This document shows, piece by piece, positions 60,193 to 64,000 of a stretch of DNA of 64,000 nucleotides. Made by a program: the position numbers and the translations under genes. Each line of letters opens with the position of its first letter. The first letter of the stretch is position 1. Where the stretch lies: the NCBI GenBank assembly GCA_047495785.1, contig JBLDXI010000060.1, positions 1-64,000 of the forward strand, read 5' to 3'. The DNA comes from Lepidodermella squamata (lineage: Eukaryota > Animalia > Gastrotricha). The notes under the pieces were generated by a model that did no database searches, was not told the origin of the DNA, and saw only the letters and a program-made list of their open reading frames with translations.

Positions 60193-60877
60193 AGTTTTTT
60201 TGCCTAAAGTGCGGGTTCTTCCGCGACGTGAACGCACTGCTTAGCATATGCACACATGAAATATGACTAAAATTCTAGAGTTTTTAATTCAATTATTCAT
60301 CCCCTAATAGCATACCGCTGAATTCGGGAGATGCTCAATTAGTATGGTATGAATTCATAACTCTGAAAAACAGCACTTTGCAACCCCTGATTTCAGGGCC
60401 TACCCCTAAATTCGGATGGAGCATCCCCTGATTTCGGACCATATTTTTTTCTAGTGCTAGAGATGGCGATGGCCAATCGCGTTAGTATTAGTGGTTTTAC
60501 ACCCTCGAATGCGTTATGCTAACCGAGAAAAGACATCGGATTTGTTCCAGTAATAGCCCAGGGCTGAGGGGTTAACTCAGTTCAAAAACGTCAAAAATTA
60601 ACCATTCGCAAAAACTTGATTCTTTGAATTCTTCAAAATTTCAAGGTTGAAATTTTAGAAGCCCGGGCTGCTCTCTACTGTAAAATAAAACAAATGCGGT
60701 ACGCACTTTGTGTTTGCCGCTTGCCGCTTTCAACATGTAAAACTTGGATAGAGCTCGGAATAATTTCATAGACCTTGGATCGGGAATTAACCTATATAGA
60801 AAGGGTTTGCATGTTTTAATGCTGCGTATATCAATGATTGGATTAAAGAAGACTGGGTAGTATTTTTAGCGTTGAAA

Positions 60878-63684
60878 CTAGCAAAGACGGGCGTCCTGCG
60901 GACGCCTCGTATAAAATAGTGTTTTGGATCTCAAATAAAAAGCCGAAACGAACTGTAAACCGAAGCTTTTTATTTCTGGAAGATCAAGAGCGTAAAAATG
61001 ATTAGTTTGTATATCACGGTGTCTTGAATAGGCAGAAAGAAATAATAACAACAAAATATATTAATTTAAAGGTGACACTTCCGGTAATCTGTCTTAATTT
61101 GCCATTTAATAATTCTCACCCGCAAGCCATTTTGTATGTCTAAAATTTGAATTAAGCCGAAGTAAGAATTGAATCCAAGCATATCTGAGAGTTATTAACC
61201 TCACAAGTTGAAAGATTTCCGGAAGTGTACATAGCGCAGCCATCGTAATAATTGAAACTGCGATAAATAATTTAATTTCGGAGAATCATCTTCTTGGAAA
61301 TACAAAAGTATCACCGATATGTAATAATAATTTCATGAACTGGCACAATATAGAAATAAAATCTCTGATAAAAAATCTCGATAATACAAAAGTATCACTG
61401 ATATATGTAATAATAATTTCATGAACTGGCACAATATAGAAATAAAATATCTGATAAAAAATCTCGAATATACAAAAGTATCACTGATATGTTAATAAAT
61501 ATGATGTAGAGTAAAGGATCACAGAAACACCTCTCGGTAAACGATGTTTTTCGTATAATATATATTTCTTTCATCGCAATGGCGAACATAACAATATAAA
61601 TTACGGGGATCGGTAACGCGTGAAAGGGCGACATAAAGTTGGCCGTGAGAAAACGCCTCTCGTTGTTTGAGGGACAGACCGACGAACTGGAACGTTTGAC
61701 CCTGGCTCTTGTTGATCGAGCAGCTAAAGGCTAAGCGAACAGGGAACTGTCTTCGACGAATCACAACGGGGGTACCATCCTGGTCAGCAAGAAGAGGAAT
61801 TCGAGGAATCTGAGCAATAGTCCCTGCAAAACTGCCGGTTAGAATCTTGGCTTCAATAACATTGTGCCTTAAACGTTGCACTGATAACCTCGTGCCGTTG
61901 CAAAGTCCTGAAGCGGGGTCAAGATTGCGTAACAGTATGATAGGCGCACCCACTTTAAGCACCAACTTGTGAGGTGGAAGACTCGGCGGGGTGAAAGTGT
62001 TGAGTAGTTCCGTTGGATAGTACTGACGAAGATTCGGATTATCGACAGAATCGGCGCTCAGGTAAACCAATTCCTTTTGAGGTAGATCTTTCAAGATTCG
62101 CTCGTTCAACAAATCGACCTCGTCGTTGCGAGTAGCCAAAAGACAACGTTCGGCCAAGTACTGAGGCTCATTGTAGCGGGTCGGCAAATCACCGTAAATG
62201 GCGGAAATAAGATCGTTCAAATTGTTCACGTTTCTTATCGGCTCCGGTAGGGTTATCAAGTCAGGCTCCAATCCGACAGGTCCTTCAGCTAAGCCATCGC
62301 CGACTCGCAAAAGCCATTCGGGGAAACCGGCGACAGCAGGATCATCAATAACTCGCATGTTCTTCGACAAAGTTAATTTCCGAACCTGAGGCCAGAAATG
62401 AGATCGAGAAAGCGATTGTTCAACGATACGATGGCGACCACCCTTTGGAACAACAGGTAGACACTGTCGAAAATCACCACCGATAACAACTGTTAGCCCG
62501 CCAAACAGTGACTGATTTTGTCTGATATCCTTCAAAGTTCGATTGACGGCCTCGAAGATGTAGCGACTCATCATAGGCCCTTCATCCCAGATTAGAAGTT
62601 TTGCTCGACGAATCAATTCAGCCAGAGCCGACTGCGCTGATATGGAGCATGTAGACGACTCGTGAATGTTGATGGGAATTTTAAAACGGAAATGAGCTGT
62701 TCTGCCACCGGTCAACAACAGGGCTGCTATCCCAGAAGAGGCGCAGGCAAGGGCGATTTCACCTCGAGAGCGAACCGAGGCAAGCAGTAAATTGAATAGA
62801 TAGGTTTTACCGCAACCACCATGAGCTTGCAGCATGAAAACATTAGGCTCGTTATGGAATACAGCGTTCTCGATTTCGTCCTTAGCCGTCCGTTGTTCGT
62901 CATTAAGCAGAGGCGTTTTCTCGAGGACAAACGCTTTTAATTGCTCGCGATCATATTCGGTCTCCTCTCGTATCAATTCGAACATTTGCGCCTCGGCGGC
63001 AGCTAGAGGCATCTGAGGGAAATCTGAGAGCGACTTGCTGTGGTAATTAAGGCTTAACTCGATTTGAGCCAGGGCTCGATTGCGAATTCGATCGGTGATG
63101 TGATTAATGCCGTCGTTATGCATGAAATCTTCGCAAAAATGTGTCTCGAATTGCTGCCAAAGTAAATGCGGGTTGGGAGGATTCGAATAGATAAGATGCA
63201 TTGCAAACAATTTTCGCAGTTGTCCTGGCATCTGAAATTGCACGGCCTCGAGTAAACTGTGTTCAACTTCATCATCATTTTCCACGAGATTTCGAGCTCG
63301 GCATGCGTCGATGAAAGTAGGGTGAACAGTTCCAGCAACAGTTCTCAAAGCCTCGAAAGAAGTGGGACCTTTAACCACGTGCAGCAGTAGTCGCAGGTAG
63401 TAAATTTCTTGATGGGGCGAGCAGGTATAAACACGACCGACGTTGCCATGACCCTTTTCCCTGGGTTTCCATTGCCTAATCTTGGGATGCCACGTGAATT
63501 CGCGACAAATTTCGGGGTAGGTAAATCGTCTGGCTCGCGGATCATTTCGGCAGATTTCGAAGAATGCGGTCAATTTAGTTCGACCTAACAAAGTGAGATC
63601 AGGATTAGCTTTTTTCGGGTCGAATGTAACACGCTGTTGATCAGGGAGATGTAAGTCGAGGCGGCAAATAGCGGGAAACTCGCA
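60878..63684 (-). mobile_element. Helitron, 5'-truncated; PIF1-like helicase half of RepHel (ORF ~63681-61519)
   Basis: LHLPDQQ, YYLRLLL..VKGPTSFE, GGCGKT, ASSGIAALLLTGGRTAH, WDE, GDFRQCLP, GLCNGTR, QFPVRLAF..INKSQGQT and HGQLYVALSR. The 3' hairpin GGCGTCC-GCA-GGACGCC (60906-60890) is followed by CTAG|T (60881-60878). Confidence 0.95.
61299..61492. repeat. Minisatellite (~85-bp unit, ~2.3 copies) in the Helitron 3' region
   Basis: ATACAAAAGTATCAC.GATATGTAATAATAATTTCATGAACTGGCACAATATAGAAATAAAAT.TCTGATAAAAAATCTCGA is repeated. Confidence 0.8.
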
Positions 63685-64000
63685 TATTTAGTTTTGATAT
63701 CTGCTAATATCTCGAGCACGAAAGCGTAAAGCCGCAGTTTCTGCAGATTGGGTCATTCAGGGAAAAGAAGCAAGGCATGACAGACTTGCTTTTGAACGAC
63801 TCGAGTTGGTGTACCGAAGAAACGATACATGTATGCTTTTGTTGGCAAATTACTCTTCATTATTATAATAGGATTTTAGGAGAGATTGAGTTTGGAGAAG
63901 AGCGAGCTTTGCTAGAGCTAAAGCTGGACAGCGGCTGGTCCAATGAAATGCTTTGAAAATTTGCATACGATGGAATTTCGCGCTTCGACCAGAGAAACTG

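Noticed and set aside
60251-60456. CACTA-like MITE (ends ..TTTTCTAGTG, CCCCTGATTTC repeats)
   Set aside because: Only one convincing terminus, too degraded to call.

Overview
This is compact eukaryotic (invertebrate animal) genomic DNA, not a prokaryotic window: most GT-AG introns are about 50-60 nt and transposons are abundant. I cannot name the species. Host genes: (i) a tandem pair of FtsJ/RrmJ-type RNA cap 2'-O-methyltransferase genes whose motifs resemble asfarvirus (ASFV EP424R-type) proteins, one pseudogenised and one intact with an intron; (ii) five paralogues of a CCP-like x2 / LamG-pentraxin-like / L-type-lectin-like / mucin / SEA / GPI cell-surface protein; (iii) two intact and two fragmentary, highly divergent Cys-loop ligand-gated channel subunits; (iv) a secreted 7xEGF + 2x C-type lectin gene with a 5-bp frameshift; (v) a stand-alone degenerate p300/CBP HAT-domain gene; (vi) a receptor tyrosine kinase with a LamG/SEA-like/pseudo-trypsin ectodomain; (vii) a signal peptide-2x sushi-ankyrin repeat gene. 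Mobile DNA includes two Mutator (MULE) derivatives, one carrying a 2A/StopGo-like DVEMNPGP peptide ahead of the transposase. It also includes a Tc1/mariner-like shell, MITEs, a tRNA-derived SINE, a 5'-truncated LINE, a 5'-truncated Helitron and two long inverted duplications. All homology calls come from motif recognition by eye, not from database searches.
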